NCBI RefSeq assembly: GCF_001194135.2
Contig: NC_068993.1
Span: 7,995,318 to 8,045,965 of the forward strand
Source of the DNA: Octopus bimaculoides
Lineage: Eukaryota
Direction of reading: 5' to 3'
DNA length: 50,648 nt
Every line of letters starts with the position of its first letter. The first letter of the stretch is position 1. This document shows positions 49,843 to 50,648 of this stretch, one piece after another. The translations under genes were made by a program, and so were the position numbers. The notes beneath the pieces are model-generated. The model saw only the letters and a program-made list of their open reading frames with translations, made no database searches and had not been told where the DNA came from.

Positions 49843-50125
49843 TCTCTCTCTCTCTATATATATATATATGTATTGTGTATAAGTATGTACATACATTTAT
49901 ATACATATATATGTATATATAGTAATAGCCAGATATGTAGATATGAGTGTATGTATGAACAAAGCCAGAACGTATGTGTGTATGTGTGTCTGTGCATGTA
50001 TGCAAAGAGAGGGAGACAAATGCCCATAGATACAATTATATGTACAAACATACATACGACATACATATAAGGTTATGTATGCATATTTTATATAAACATA
50101 TATATGTACATAACAATGCATATAT

Positions 50126-50188
<63 letters not shown>

Positions 50189-50290
50189 CATATAGACATA
50201 TATATATGTGTGTGTGTATCCGTGTGTGTCCGTCTGTACGCGCATGCGCGCATGGATGTATGAACACCATTATATATATATATTATTAAT
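48340..50290. repeat. Dense (TA)/(TG)/(CA)/(GATA)/(CT) microsatellite field including a gap
   Basis: Directly visible. Confidence 0.9.
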
Positions 50291-50648
50291 TACAAATTGT
50301 CATCTTTTGTTTTCGAAAGTAAGTTAAAAGTATCAGTATTTCCTGTCTTTCTGCAAGGAATTACAGCAGATTGTCGAACAAGTCCTGTTGATCATGATCA
50401 TGAACGTCGGAATCACCATCATCTTCCCCATTATTGTTGTCATCGTCGTCGTTGTCGACATCGCCAACATCGACGCCACGATAGTCGTTGAAAAATTTTC
50501 ATACATGATATTTGTGACAGGAAATATAGGTACGCCACTTTTTCCCAATTGCACATACACATACACACAGGTGTTTATATCTATATGTATCTATCTATCT
50601 ATCTATCTATCTTTCTCCCTTTCTCTATAAATATATATATATATATAT

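Overview
Repeat-dense eukaryotic intronic or intergenic DNA. It is AT-rich, has about 17 N-gaps (roughly 5.4 kb, mostly next to microsatellites) and is saturated with di-, tri- and tetranucleotide repeats. The SINE families resemble those I recall from octopus (coleoid cephalopod) genomes; this organism call is an inference from memory, not a database hit. No host protein-coding exon, rRNA, genuine tRNA or CRISPR array could be supported, and nearly all listed ORFs are microsatellite or N-gap artefacts. The interpretable content is mobile DNA. There are about 20 copies or fragments of at least four SINE families (my working labels A, B, C, D) and decayed LINEs of four groups: two CR1-like copies, an L1/Tx1-like copy, an R4/Dong-like REL-endonuclease fragment and an RTE-like 5' fragment. 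There are also mariner-derived MITEs, a Helentron-like non-autonomous element and a 1.65 kb weakly periodic AT-rich insert. The most interesting signal is a SINE-LINE network readable within the window. One family-A variant carries a 3' tail matching the Tx1-like LINE and abuts a clipped family-A head. The family-B tail matches the CR1-like LINE 3' end. The family-A head has both expanded into minisatellites and contracted by the same 21-bp unit.
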